Assembly: GCA_040285825.1 (NCBI GenBank)
Contig: JAUPSS010000007.1
Span: 1,834,689 to 1,898,688 of the forward strand
Source: Eukaryota sp. TZLM1-RC
Taxonomy: Eukaryota; Protista; Metamonada: BaSk clade
Reading direction: 5' to 3'
DNA: 64,000 nt
This document shows positions 33,852 to 46,547 of this stretch, in pieces. The notes beneath the pieces are model-generated. The model was not told where the DNA came from. It worked only from the letters and a program-made list of their open reading frames with translations, and did no database searches. Numbering within the stretch: the stretch's first letter is position 1; every line of letters starts with the position of its first letter. Both the position numbers and the translations under genes were made by a program.

Positions 33852-34259
33852 GTGATGACTGAGTTGAAGGTTGATGCCCATAAAAGCAGCGTCCATGAAC
33901 GTATGTCCTGCAACCTGAAGCATTTTTTTCAGGCGAAAAGCAGGGCTTTCGTACTAAAATTGTCTGACTCAACCTTCATGCTCAAATTCCACAAAGGTAT
34001 TCGTCCATTAGGATTGAAAAATTTTCTGATTTCATACATTCGGGACGAGGAATTCCCTGAATCTGTTGTAATAAATACCGCAGAGGATAAACTTCATGAT
34101 TTCACGCGAATAGCCTGTTGGAACAAATCTTCAAAGACTGTTTCTGAAAATACTGAATTTGTGCATCAAACTGGTATAAAGTCTCGTTCATTTAATAAAA
34201 TTAGCAACGTGACATGTTTTAAGTATCATCAGAAAGGTAATCTGACAGCCAAGAATTAG
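33852..34259 (+). pseudogene. Gag-like remnant related to the gag at 22.7-23.6 kb
   Basis: ERM....HFFQ..FMLKFHKGIRPLGL parallels KRM..LRNFLK..FMKRFAAGIAPKGL; decayed knuckle VTCFKYHQKG. Confidence 0.55.
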
Positions 34260-34439
34260 TATGAACTTGATGATATTCCGGATTGTTTTCTATATTTACC
34301 AATGGATAGCTTTATTCGTTGATCTGGACGAAGACAGATGATTGGCATTTATTTGGACAATACGGAACCACTATAACAGCAGCCAACTTCCGTTCCCTTT
34401 GTTAAACTACAATGAAGAACATTTGTTATTACAGTGAGA

Positions 34440-34700
34440 AGCCATGGTCAGATTGCTTGATCAAACGATGAAAAGGTCACCTAGGAAAGTGAGAACCAAA
34501 TCGAAAACCTAGCAAAGCATACATGCATCATGGCTTTTTTTATTCCTAGAAGCTGTTCTCAAATAGAACATTTGTTTTCTCTTGCGAAATATGTTTGTGA
34601 AGACAGATTTAGTTCATCTTCTAGAACGCTGAACATTATTATGATGTTGAATATTCATGTAGACCGATGGTATGACCTCAAAGTAAAAAATACAATTCGT
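34440..34700 (+). pseudogene. hAT transposase C-terminal (dimerisation) remnant
   Basis: FFIPRSCSQIEHLFSLAKYVCEDR resembles the hAT P.SSA..ER.FS motif. Confidence 0.45.
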
Positions 34701-35899
34701 TGTAGACGTAACTATGTAGTTTTCGTCGGGAAAAAGATGATCAGCATGATTATGTTTCCAATGGATGTATTTTTGGTCATTATTTTTCTGTTATTTGAAA
34801 TGAAATAAAACAATATATTGATTACAAAAATCAGATGAAATTTTGATTATATTCAGTTCTTAACTTTTGGAAACCCAACATATAATGCCAATTAATTCTT
34901 TCCGACACCTGATTATAACAACTGACCAGAAATAGCACAACTTCGGTTCAAAATAGATCGTCCTGAAAATTCTATCTCTTGGTTATATCCTATCTAAAAA
35001 TTTGGAAAATGTTGAATTGATTGGCGATCACTACCACCTTGAAATACTTAATCAACATTTTGGATGATAATTTTGTCTTTAGAAACGCTGGTGATTCAAC
35101 CATTAGCTCACTTGCTTCAAACGTTGAAATTAACCAAGATGCGGAAGACTTGGCTGATCTTGAGATCAACATTTCTCGTTGTGATCGACAGTCGGTTCAT
35201 CAAACTCAAGAAGAAATAAGTGATAATGCACTGTCTTCATTATGGATGTAATGATTACTTATAGAATGAATGCTTTTAAAATGCAGCTGCTATCGATATT
35301 TGAAATAATTGTTATTGTTTATTCACAAATATCAAAAAAATTACTCATCATATTGCCTGGATTTTTAGAAAAGAATATAGCATTTATGAGGCTGAAAAAA
35401 ATGTAGAAAATCGTGTAGAAAACAAAATAAAAAAAATAAAATAAACTAAGAAGTTTGAAATAGATGAAACACAAAATTTCATGACAAGGAACAACAAGGC
35501 TAGAATATTTCAGTGCTTTTTACACGATCGGAATTTCAACAAAAGTTCATTCCTTTGTTTTCAATTAAACTTTTAACTTGCAAATAACTGATGTACCTAT
35601 TATTTCCACCGATACAAACATTTTACCGTGTCTCACAACCGCATCTGCACTCTTGACCTTTACTGAAGGCTCTTCTGTTCCCATTAACGTCATCCTTTGC
35701 TTATAAAAGGAACAGGGAACTCCCCCTAACACCAAAATTGTGAATCTGTTCTTCAGTAGATGGTCTAGTAGATTCTCATCAAGACCACCTAGAAAAACGC
35801 AAAATAAAAGTAGAAAAAACCTAGAAATTCCAACAGTATCAGTAAGTCTATTGCTAATTAATTTCGAAAATGAGTGCATCATATACATATACATTCATA

Positions 35900-36300
35900 T
35901 ACACTCCGGAAAATCGGTGGACAGCTTGTTTAACAATTGATAAGGACGTTGAGTTTAACCCTGGTGCTGTTTATATTCTGCTCATTTAGACTGTTCAAAA
36001 CCAGAAACAATTCACACTGATGATGTTATGAATTGCTGGGATGAACAAATGTTAAATCATTATAATCAATTGTTATTATTTATCAGTAGTGTTGTTTACA
36101 TCAGCACTGTAGGTAACAAATTGATGGTCATCTCCAATTTTTGGCAGCAATTGATTGAAAAATTTCAGAGAATCGATTTATCATCATAATTATCAATGAT
36201 GGTCAAATGGAACTTAGCAATTATTGATCTTGAGCAGAAAAAATGTATGTATTTAGACCCTCAATTGGATTACTCATTATTTTCTGACGACATCATCAAA
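35900..36300 (+). pseudogene. Ulp1/C48 peptidase-like remnant (often transposon-borne)
   Basis: WNLAIIDLEQKKCMYLDP resembles the Ulp1 HW.L.V.D.....I.Y.DS motif. Confidence 0.35.
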
Positions 36301-37281
36301 GGGTAACTTTTCTCAAAAATTTCAAAAATTGGAAAATATTTGATAATTTAGGATATTGAAACTTTTGGAATAGGGGTAGGACAACCACAAACTCCTATCT
36401 ATAGACTATAGACTATAGTTTATACGTACTGTACTATATTCATATTTTTTATTGTCAATTCACACGAACATATGTTTGTCTATAATGTCAGGACTAGACC
36501 TGTGCAATGGACTCAAAATCTCGACTTGAGTCGACTCTGTGTCTTGAATGATTGATGATTACTCAGTCGTTTATGTATATATGAATAGAGAATAAAATAA
36601 AGAGAATTACTCTCAATATTTGGTAGAGACTCCTTTAAAACAAATTTACGAAAAACAATCAGATGAATTCAAAAGCAAAATTTAAAATTACCAAGAATAA
36701 ATAAAAAGAAAATTGAGTATTAATTGACTTTCAATTTCATGTTGAAAACAAGAATCACTGCAAGAAAGTTTAAAAAAAATCAGCAAAACAGGAAGAAGAG
36801 CAACTAGCCTTAATAAAATTAAACAGCAATAAAATTGATTTAATTGATTTAAGTTTATAATAATCATTAGTAGAAATTGAAATAAGAGTAAAAAAGAAAT
36901 TAATAACAGAGTGATAAAGTTGCAATAACAAACTGATTGATAACCAAGACCAATTATATTAGGATTCCTGACAGAGCAGAAAACATTAGAAAAGTAATTA
37001 AAAGTGAAAAACCTACCTCTTGAAGAAACACATAATGAATTAGCGGATATGATTCAATGAAAATCAAATTAAAAAGTTCACAAAAGAATTGGGTTGGTGA
37101 AGTTTGAGTGGTGTTTGGTTTGATTCTAAGAGAAATTGTTTTCATGCTCAGTGTACCATTAGCCATTCTAATAGATCAAGATATTTAATTAGGTAAGTTG
37201 ATATTTAATTAAATAACTACTTGAACTGTGAAGGAAACGACATCATGTAGAGTGTAATCGGGAGCTAAGACAGTTACGCCT

Positions 37282-37539
37282 TTTCAATCCAAAAAAGCAA
37301 AAGATTCAGTTGGAAAATCCAGTGATACAGAAATCCAACACCATCAGAACACTCAAGAGATGGTGATTCGTCACGGGCTTACCATGCACAAGTTTGTGGA
37401 ATAGAGATCGAAATGCTTCGTTGAATATGTTGGCAAAGGTAGAAGCGCATGTAAATGGTGGAGATAACAAGATACATCCACTGAAGGTATTAAGGAGAAA
37501 ATCTTACATAAATCAAATACATAATCATCCCTTCACCAG
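37282..37539 (+). mobile_element. Fanzor family A 3' remnant (copy 3)
   Basis: RNP..QEMVIRHGLT..SLWNRDRNASLNMLAKVEAHVNGG, clearly alignable at the nucleotide level to copy 1; ends with a tgaagg/ccttca hairpin. Confidence 0.8.
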
Positions 37540-37559
37540 ATAGATAGACATCTGTCAAA

Positions 37560-39980
37560 ATGAGCACTTCCTTTCTTGATGACTTTTCCTCTTCGTTACA
37601 GGAGTTTGAACGTTTTGTTGATAGTGATGCGTTGAATCTTCAAGACCTTGCTTCAGCCAAATTACCTTATACTCCTCTAGAAGGCTCTGGTCAGTCTCTT
37701 TCTGATTCTCCTTCCTTGCCACACACTTCCACCAAACTTCTACCTTCTGATGGTGTTCTCCATGATGTATACGACTCCCTTGATGTTGTTCGTGATTTGG
37801 TTCTCTCTCCTCAGACGTCTTCACCTCAACATCCTAATCTTTCCCGCCCACCCAGTTCCCCTTACTTCATGGAGGATCAGTTGAGGGCGGTTGTGGTCAA
37901 CCCTGACATGAGCGAGGAAAAGCTTCACTTGGTGGAGAAGATCCTAGATGATTTATTAATGGAAACTGACGTGGATAGCTCAATCATGAACCAAATATCT
38001 GATCTTTTTCAGTTTTACTATACTCATTCCGCCAGCAATTTGCTACTAACAAAGTTTTTAAATCTTTTTATTCAGACGAATAATATCTCGTTGTTATTAA
38101 CACTCAATACCATTTTGAAATCTGTGAAGTTTGAGTCATTTTTGATGTCCTTTTTGCTCAACTCCCCTCTTTTGTTTTCCTCAATACTAGTACCCATATT
38201 GTTTGATGTCCTCACCACCACTACGGTACTTGAAACAAAGTCACTAGTGGTCTATGCTTTAAGGTTTCTCAATCATTATCACGTTAGTGATGACGTCATC
38301 AATTATCTTTTCGAACTTTTGCTTTCAAAAACTTGTTCAATTAAAAAATCTAGTATTGCAAGAACTTTGGCTAGGCTTAGTGTGGAAAATATTTACAAAT
38401 TAATTGACATTTCTGAGTGTTATCCCTATCAGTCAATAATTGAAGCAGTCCTACTTGGTTTAGGGGGAGTTTCGGCAACCAGTTTAGAAAAGTCTTGTGT
38501 TTCTGACCCTGTTGATATCATACTTAACCCAGTTAGTAACCCTGCTGCTCAATCGGTTTCCTTTTCAGCTTCCAATGAAGTTTCTGATTGCAATCATCTG
38601 ATTGGGGATGAGGAATTAATTCTGGAACAATACGTTGGTAAAAAACTAGTATTAAACATTTCTGTTGCTTCAATCAGTTCCGCAATCAGAAAATCTGGAA
38701 ATTTCAATCACAGTCAATCAAATTCTGATGAGCTTCCGTTTACACCAACTGACGAGTTATGGTCATTTTTTGTGAAAAGTCTTTCAAATTCAAAAGAAAA
38801 GGTCATAATAGCTGGTTTGAAAGCTATGAGATCATTTTGCTCGTTGAATTCTCTCGACTTGGCACGCATTCCGCTCAAAAATCTCACGTTTTCTGCTGAA
38901 GTTAAAACTGAATTTGCCAAAACAATTCCCTATTTATTTAACAAATCTTTTAATGGAGATTATTTAATTAAACTTTTGATAACTTTATTGAGTGATCGCT
39001 TCTTCAAAGTTAAAAGAGTAGTAATTGAGGCCTGTGGTGAATTAAAAAGACAAATTTGTCCTGATTTGAAAAACAAATTGATTGGAAAATTACAAACTTT
39101 TTTATTAGATTCAAAAAACTCCCTCCCAAATATTTTAATAGCAAATGCTTTGTTAACTTTAAACTCAGAGGAAAGTTTTGGTTTCTTAAATGATTTAATT
39201 ACGTCTGCAAAATGTTCAAAATTAGTTCAGGATTTGATTGAAGCTCTTTATTTGTATTTGATTATGAATTCAGATTTGGTCAGTTTTGTCCATTTTATTG
39301 ATTTATTTTCAACTTCCCTCCATCAATTAGTTGCCAAATCTTCTTCTTATATGGTGCGCTACACTTCCATGTGTCATTTGTTGTTTCTACGTCAGCATCA
39401 CGTCATGGATTGGTTTGATGATGTCATCAGAGAGGTCAATTTCCATCAAACACGTGATCAAGAACGTTTACCTATATATCTACAGTCGAGGGCGCTTTTA
39501 CCTTTGGCATATAAATTTTTGCGCGAACCACATTCAATTCTCTCTAATTTAGGCTTAAAAGTATTAATTAATGGTGGACCGGAAGGCAAATTACTACTTG
39601 TTGAGGGCGCTCTTAGGGATGAAAGCCCTATTTGCAGATCAAACTCCATTACCGCACTTCGTCACTTTGGGGCATCTTCCCTGAGAATTTTTCTTTTAGG
39701 TGTGTTGGATGGTGATAAGAATGTGGAGCTTTCAGCGATAGAGTCTCTATCGGCGTTTACTGCAGAAGAATTGGTTACTTTTATTACTAATTTGGATGTA
39801 GAAGAAGTCAAGGGAATTCTGACCACAGTTCAAAATGTCTTGACTCGTGAAGACCCTGTTGAGGAACAATTAGTTAAAAATCTTAGGATTTTACACAGGT
39901 TTGGAACTGATTTCATTATTAATTCTAATGGTAATCTGCAATTGCATTCGAAAGTCTGTGACTCACCCTTTCTACTATAG
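37560..39980 (+). CDS. HEAT/ARM-repeat protein of unknown function
   Basis: 806-aa ORF; LLSDRFFKVKRVVIEACG, ALRDESPICRSNSITAL, VLDGDKNVELSAIESL HEAT-like units. Confidence 0.7.
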   Translation: MSTSFLDDFSSSLQEFERFVDSDALNLQDLASAKLPYTPLEGSGQSLSDSPSLPHTSTKLLPSDGVLHDVYDSLDVVRDLVLSPQTSSPQHPNLSRPPSSPYFMEDQLRAVVVNPDMSEEKLHLVEKILDDLLMETDVDSSIMNQISDLFQFYYTHSASNLLLTKFLNLFIQTNNISLLLTLNTILKSVKFESFLMSFLLNSPLLFSSILVPILFDVLTTTTVLETKSLVVYALRFLNHYHVSDDVINYLFELLLSKTCSIKKSSIARTLARLSVENIYKLIDISECYPYQSIIEAVLLGLGGVSATSLEKSCVSDPVDIILNPVSNPAAQSVSFSASNEVSDCNHLIGDEELILEQYVGKKLVLNISVASISSAIRKSGNFNHSQSNSDELPFTPTDELWSFFVKSLSNSKEKVIIAGLKAMRSFCSLNSLDLARIPLKNLTFSAEVKTEFAKTIPYLFNKSFNGDYLIKLLITLLSDRFFKVKRVVIEACGELKRQICPDLKNKLIGKLQTFLLDSKNSLPNILIANALLTLNSEESFGFLNDLITSAKCSKLVQDLIEALYLYLIMNSDLVSFVHFIDLFSTSLHQLVAKSSSYMVRYTSMCHLLFLRQHHVMDWFDDVIREVNFHQTRDQERLPIYLQSRALLPLAYKFLREPHSILSNLGLKVLINGGPEGKLLLVEGALRDESPICRSNSITALRHFGASSLRIFLLGVLDGDKNVELSAIESLSAFTAEELVTFITNLDVEEVKGILTTVQNVLTREDPVEEQLVKNLRILHRFGTDFIINSNGNLQLHSKVCDSPFLL

Positions 39981-40693
39981 AACTACTGATGGGGAGCGCT
40001 GAGTCATTTTCGTTTTCTCTTTTGTTTTTCCATTTGTTTTTCCATTTGTTTTTTCTCTTTGTGTATTATATTTATTCAACAAGAATTTTTTGTTCACTTT
40101 TGATTTAAATGATTTTACTTGAATTCTTTTTAAAAAACTTACTGTTTCTCAATTTCTTCTCAATAAATTTGTCCTGTTTTGTATTTCTTTCTATTTAAGC
40201 GAATGGTTTGTGGTCAACTATACCTTAGGGGTACAGCATTCCACTGCCAATACTGGCACTGGACAATTTTTGAAAATCATATCAATATCTTTTGAAAACA
40301 AAAGTAAATTGCTTGGATTGAATTTCATGGTAAACTTTTATTGCCATATGACAACTATCATCAATAATATATTAAACATCGTTCCGTAGTTTTATTTTGT
40401 GATTTTTCGAATGCTCAAAAGGTGATGTACATTAGGACGATTAGTTACAATTCTGTTGCAGTTCCATCATTTATTTTCTTTTGAAAAGATTTTCTTTTCA
40501 AATTTTTTTTATGCTACAAATTAAAGTTCAATATCTTCATTAATGAAATGTAGAATTTCGTAAGATTCATCACTATTAGTTGCCTTTAGGGTATTGAGTT
40601 GTGTTAACTCGAAATCCTAGTTACATTGGATGACGAAAATGGATTTCCGTTGTACTCGGTTGTTTTGGTTGATAGACTCTTTTTGTCTACCAT

Positions 40694-42754
40694 ATGACTA
40701 ACATTAGATCTGCAGCTACTCAATGTGTGGCCAATAGCAATAAACTTCCATCAGGCACAAATCTCAAGTTATCTCGAGTTGATCAACAGTTCAAACAAGC
40801 ACATTCTTCAGTCTCGAACCAAGTGCTTTCTCTTGCTTCGTCTATAGCATCCCATACCATGTCTCATTCTACAGAAGTCACAGATGACACATTCACTTCA
40901 AATCAACTTTCGTCTCTATTATCTTCTATCAGCGAACAATTGGACCTTGCAATGGACGCGTTACGTGCTCCTCACCGTCAACAACGTCAAGGAAACCTCA
41001 CATCAACGTCTTTCCCTCCCCAAACCAATGAGCCTACTCCTACCTCAAAACCTCCTTTCATCCCCTTCATCAAGCAAAAGCCCAACGCTCTTGTTCCTCT
41101 CACTCTTTCCACTCTTCCTGATGGTTCATATGCGCACCCATATGCCCATGAATTGATCCATCTCGAGGAGAACCATCATTGGAGTCTCCCTTCCTCCCTT
41201 CATAGGTCTAGACTCTTGTCTGAATCAGCTCTAACTTGGGTGGACACTGAGGAGAAGCTGGTTCAGTTGAAGCAGTTGTTGAGTACTTGCCAATGTTTTT
41301 CTGTCGATCTAGAACACCATTCATTAAGATCTTTCAATGGTATTACGGCTTTAATGCAGATAACAACGAATGACGATGATTTCTTGATTGATACAATATT
41401 ATTAAAACCTTATTTGCATGTCTTGAATTCGGTTTTCACCAATCCCAATATTTTAAAAATTTTCCATGGTGCGGAGCATGATATTCAATGGCTGCAACGT
41501 GATTTTGGTATTTATGTTGTCAATATGTTTGATACGAAGCAGGCAGCAAACGCTTTAGAGTTGGTTGAAAAATCATTAGCAAAATTAATCAAACAATATC
41601 TCGATATTGATCTATGTAAGAGTGACCAACTGTCTGATTGGCGAATCCGACCTCTTCCACCTTCCATGATTAACTATGCAAGGTCTGACACTCACTATTT
41701 AGAGGAGCTGAAGGACTTGATGTTGACTGAGCTTTATGAAAAAGATGAGAGCCTGGTTTATGTTGTTTTTGATAGGTCTCGAGAAGTCTGTTTGACCAGA
41801 TGGGAAAACATTGGTTTTGATTCTCATGGTTGGAAGGATGATCCCATCTTGTCTGACATCCCAGCTGACAAGCATGAGCTCATGACTGCTCTGTGGGAGT
41901 GGAGAGATTCTACCGCCAGATCCAATGATGAGAACATTAACTATGTGCTGCCAAGACAACATTTATTGGAATTGGTCAAGAAATGTCCAAAGACTCCCGA
42001 AGACCTTGCTCTTTGTTTAAGACCTTGTCCTCCGTTCGTCCTCAGGGAAGCCGTGGAAGTTTGTAGATTGGTAGTTGAGAAGAGTAATGAAAGTGTAGAA
42101 GAAGAAGAAGCAGTTTGTGGTAACAGAGTGGAAAAAAAGCAAGAAAAGAGGCCAATGGTGTCACCCATTCCCACGCAAAATTTAATTTTTCATTCCTATT
42201 GGAGTAGGGATCACAGTAGAGATCAGTCGGGTGTCACTGACAATTTGTTCAAAAATTCAAATTTTGAACCCTTGTCTCCCGTGTTCAAGCCAATCCCAAC
42301 TAAACCTCTGATTTCTGGTATCTCTGAAAAACCAATAGGTTCTGATGATTTTGTATCTAACTTGAAGAGTCTAATCAAAAGCAAGACTGCAACTGAAGCT
42401 GAGCTGCTATCTGACCAAGATTCTATACCTTCTGAATCCCAACTTTCTGATGAGGATGATGATATTTCTGTTGTGAGTATTTGTAGAAGTAGTTCAAAGG
42501 TCTCTAAAAAACCACAAAAAAAGAAGGATTCTGAGGAGCCAGTTGTTTCAAAGTCAAGTAAAGTGTTTGACGACCCCACGCTATTCATGGAAAGACTTGA
42601 ATGGACAGAAAGGAAAGACCAAAAACGACAGACCAAAAACGATGATCGACCAAGACCAGATTCCAAACCAAAAGACATGTCTTCTAGGGCCAAAGACTTT
42701 TTCAGAGGTCGGAGAGCTAAAAGGGGAAGGGGTAGAGGTAGAGGTAGATTTTAG
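40694..42754 (+). CDS. RRP6: Nuclear exosome exonuclease RRP6
   Basis: HPYAHEL, SVDLEHHSLRSF.G, DIQWLQRDFG, DWRIRPLP..M..YARSDTHYL, HRDC (WRD..AR..DE..YVLP). Confidence 0.92.
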   Translation: MTNIRSAATQCVANSNKLPSGTNLKLSRVDQQFKQAHSSVSNQVLSLASSIASHTMSHSTEVTDDTFTSNQLSSLLSSISEQLDLAMDALRAPHRQQRQGNLTSTSFPPQTNEPTPTSKPPFIPFIKQKPNALVPLTLSTLPDGSYAHPYAHELIHLEENHHWSLPSSLHRSRLLSESALTWVDTEEKLVQLKQLLSTCQCFSVDLEHHSLRSFNGITALMQITTNDDDFLIDTILLKPYLHVLNSVFTNPNILKIFHGAEHDIQWLQRDFGIYVVNMFDTKQAANALELVEKSLAKLIKQYLDIDLCKSDQLSDWRIRPLPPSMINYARSDTHYLEELKDLMLTELYEKDESLVYVVFDRSREVCLTRWENIGFDSHGWKDDPILSDIPADKHELMTALWEWRDSTARSNDENINYVLPRQHLLELVKKCPKTPEDLALCLRPCPPFVLREAVEVCRLVVEKSNESVEEEEAVCGNRVEKKQEKRPMVSPIPTQNLIFHSYWSRDHSRDQSGVTDNLFKNSNFEPLSPVFKPIPTKPLISGISEKPIGSDDFVSNLKSLIKSKTATEAELLSDQDSIPSESQLSDEDDDISVVSICRSSSKVSKKPQKKKDSEEPVVSKSSKVFDDPTLFMERLEWTERKDQKRQTKNDDRPRPDSKPKDMSSRAKDFFRGRRAKRGRGRGRGRF

Positions 42755-44365
42755 ATTTATTCAATTTAATTTAAGATTAATGTTAGTAATTCAAATTAAT
42801 TTAACAATGAAAATAAAAATTAATTATTTACTTGTGAATTGCTTTGCATAAGAGGAATCGAACTAAGATTACTTGCTATAAATTAACGCTTCCCTTTTCG
42901 TTGACATGGTCCGATTCTGACCTATTCTCAAAGTTCGAGTAATAATCAGGGTGTTTTATCAAATGAGATAGGTATGTGGTATATCGTGGTCCTGAGGCTT
43001 AACAGTTAGCATACAAGATATCCCAATTAAATTGACAGCCTCTTTTACAGACAAAATAGAAAAATAAAATAGAGTAATTTGAAATTCAATGTAGAGTTGA
43101 AACATTTGTCGAGTGTCAATTAGAATCGTCAATGTATTATATCATATTAAACATGGAAAATATAAATGTTGACTGTCGATGTTTCATTTACATCCGAGAT
43201 TCATTCAGTTTGCAATTAATTTTTTCTTGATTGTAAAGCCTTTATCTATGGTAATTAAGTCGAAAAATGCCTAATAGAACTGAACCATTGGCTTCAGTGT
43301 TTTCGTTATGTCATTTTGGACCTGCTACGTTGTGTAACATTTTATGCAGTTGTTCAAGTTATCAATCCCGGAAATCTATAATAGACCTTAGAAAACAAAA
43401 CATGGAAATTCAAAAATTGTTTTGAGAATATATTTGGTTGTATCGTGATCTTGTTGAACACATCATAAAAAAGATGAAGACCAAACTTAACTTTGCACAA
43501 CTTTTTAAGTTTTGGGGTTTAAACTTTGTGAATAAGAGTAAAATAGTAGACATACATTGGAAAGTATGAAATTTCACATTGTTCAATTCTTATTGTCCAA
43601 TAGTTTTTTTTGGTTGTATCTATTCTGTTTGAAGCTACTGCACGAAGAATAATTTCTAATAAATGCACTTCACTGATGACAAAATTGACAATTCCAAAAT
43701 CTACAATGAAAACCATCTGTCAAGAATTAGCATTTCAAGCTCTCAATTGCTCGTACCGCAACTTTTCTGCTAGAGAATCTCGTACATGGTTGTCTGATGG
43801 AATTGTATACTATGTAACCCATGCGTGGTGACATAAAAGTGTTGCAAGCTCAGTATTTCACATTGATTGTAGGGTTTGATAGGTTCACATGCTGTTTGTT
43901 ATTAAGAATGCGTATTTTTTACTTATTGACCTTCATTTATTCTTCCAAAGCATAAATTGACTCAAGCAATGCGTTCAAGGATAGGATTTTTCGAACCATT
44001 CCAGAAATTTCAAAAAAAAATTTGAACCATTTACAACTGTTCTGCACGGAAGTTTTAGTCCAAGTTCAAAAGAAATTTGGATTCCTATTCAATAGTACTT
44101 TCTGGAAAAAGAGACCTATTTTTACTGCCTTCAGAATGATGTTTAAAAATATGGAAAAATGAATGATAAAATTTGGAGAACTCTTCAAAAAAAAACTTCT
44201 GACAGGTTGGGATCATTCCAATGCAGACCACCTCTTCCAGTTGAGTCATTATGAGAAGATTGTTTTGAATTATTTATTATTATATACTATTATAGTATTT
44301 ATAATAATAATAATTTATTTTTGAGTAAGGAAGGAAATACTCCAAGTTGTTCCGATTCAAAGGAT

Positions 44366-45211
44366 TTACCTTCTAGTCCAATAAACAATAAACAAAACAA
44401 AAACTATTACAAACTGCAACATGATACAATAATTAAGCCTCTTTCTTCTTAACCTATCTGCCGCATTCTCTAAGTGATTGAGAGCAGAAGCAGTATCTTT
44501 TTCGGCCATTTCTATATTTACATCTATTTGATCAATTAAAGACCCTTGTTCCACAACCAATGCTGACATATCTCTAAAGATTCCGGCAATGTTTTCAAGT
44601 TGCTCTGTGATGTTATTGATTTCTGTGGAATGTTCTTCGACCAAATCAGCAAAGAGAGTGGCCTGGGCGTTCTGGTTTTCGGTAAATCCAATGTCAACTT
44701 CTTCATCAAAGGACTTAATGGCTGAGAGATAGCTCTTCTGTCGTTGCCTAAATGTTTGGGAAAGTTGGGTTGCCTTGGATGCGAGCGATTGAACAACATT
44801 GTCCCGAACAACCTTTACTTCACTGGGTATAGCTGAGGGGTAATTAGATATCGACTTAATCTTACGTTCCACGAGTTGGAAGGACTGAGTGATTCTGCTG
44901 GTGAGGGCATCAACCCTAGTTCTAATCTTCCGGTCATTACCAAAAGAAGTGGTTAAATCACGAGATTGTTCAGTTTGAAGGTTGTCCATAAACGACTGTA
45001 TTTGTACGAGCTCAGCTTCAACTTCTTTTTGTTTCTCCACCCAAGCAGGAACTACAGAAGTATCTATGGCTACCTCGCTGGAGGAGGAAAGAAGGTGTTG
45101 AGAGGCTGAATCCTTGCCAAGAATAGATGACTTTCGAGAACGTAATGAGTCAGACCTGTATTGCGAGAAGCGATTGGTGTAATCAGTGAAGACAGCTAGA
45201 GTTGAAGGCAT
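44366..45211 (-). CDS. STX16: Syntaxin-16/Tlg2-like Qa-SNARE
   Basis: PAWV, LVVEQGSLIDQIDVNIE SNARE motif, C-terminal TM; ATG at 45211. Confidence 0.8.
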   Translation of the reverse strand: MPSTLAVFTDYTNRFSQYRSDSLRSRKSSILGKDSASQHLLSSSSEVAIDTSVVPAWVEKQKEVEAELVQIQSFMDNLQTEQSRDLTTSFGNDRKIRTRVDALTSRITQSFQLVERKIKSISNYPSAIPSEVKVVRDNVVQSLASKATQLSQTFRQRQKSYLSAIKSFDEEVDIGFTENQNAQATLFADLVEEHSTEINNITEQLENIAGIFRDMSALVVEQGSLIDQIDVNIEMAEKDTASALNHLENAADRLRRKRLNYCIMLQFVIVFVLFIVYWTRR

Positions 45212-46547
45212 TGTTTGAGATAAAAGATGAAAGAATCTACTTGGTGTCACAGAATTGTGCACATAATTGTGAAAAATTATCTTTTATTAATTCCTATATA
45301 CCCAACCCTCTTTTCTTTCCCTAGACAGCTATCAGGTGGCTACTGCTAATAATGTCTCACTAAAAACATTTTTATGTGGATCATGGTTCTCCTCAACAAC
45401 AAACATGGTTCTAAAAAATATTTTCAAATAAGGTTGTTGAGATGTAAAACTTAACACCAACAGTACACAATTCAATCACACACATTTGTTGTGACTATTC
45501 ATGCACTTGTTCCCTATTTTATAGAATAAATACTGATTGTTTGTTTTATTGACATGGCATATTCTTATTTGTTCAAATAGTTCACTTTAGAAAATTTATC
45601 ACAAAATTCGGAATAGAAAACAAGGAAAAACACTGCATAGTTATTTTAGACAATAAAATCATCTGTTTGTTTGATACAAATAGACCCACAAAATGAGTGG
45701 AAATTACAAAAAAAAGGTTAACTGTCCATAAGATCAACTTCAACTGTAGCATGGTAGATTTCTCCAGCAAATGGTGCACTTAACTAAATAAATAGAACTC
45801 ATTCTACCATTTTTTCAAAAATTGATAAGACAGTATTTTTGATTGTTGAATAATACAATATACTTGTTGTCAAAACACAGCTATCTCCACTTCAAAAAAT
45901 TCACACTATCGAAGAACTAAAAATATTGCTTATTTCTTTTGATTCTATCATCCAATTTCCACAAGAGGTGATCTCTATTGGACTTGGTTGTTTCATTAAT
46001 CAATTTCTAGACATGGACATAATGCAAGTTAGCAGCTGACCACATCGGCGGATTCATTGCTCTGATAAACTTTTTCAAAACCTACAAAAATCAGTGGGTG
46101 AATCTTGACTCAACTTCTACATCTCGAAAGCGTTTGACTGTTTCAGTCTATTGATAACCCTAACCCTTTTCTTCATACGGTGGTTTTCGACCTTAAACTT
46201 TGCACCGTAGGGAACTCTGTTCTTGTTTTAAAGTTGGTCCGTTTTCAGTGGAAGATGTCTTCGGACAATTCAGAGGTCTGCCTCGCTTGAGTCATCTCAC
46301 CCTTTAATGCAACAACTGTTTTTGTCTTTCTCCTGACTGGACTTTGACCTGTATATCTTATAGTGTCAGGAAGCCGGCCGTATTTTTCTTATATCCATTG
46401 TGACGTCTATTCATCACGAATTCATCTTATTGGTTGTGGCTAGGTCACACACTTCATCTTAGACAATGGTTTAGCTGGCTAATTGTGTCGAATGATGCAT
46501 CTTCTATACAATCAAATTTATTTTGTTTCATAATGACTCAATACCAA

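Noticed and set aside
15482-42754. DIS3 and RRP6 in the same window as an exosome cluster
   Set aside because: They are 22 kb apart with unrelated genes between; chance is sufficient.
42850-44260. Possible MULE/Ulp1-like debris (WLSDGIV)
   Set aside because: Too degenerate to assign.
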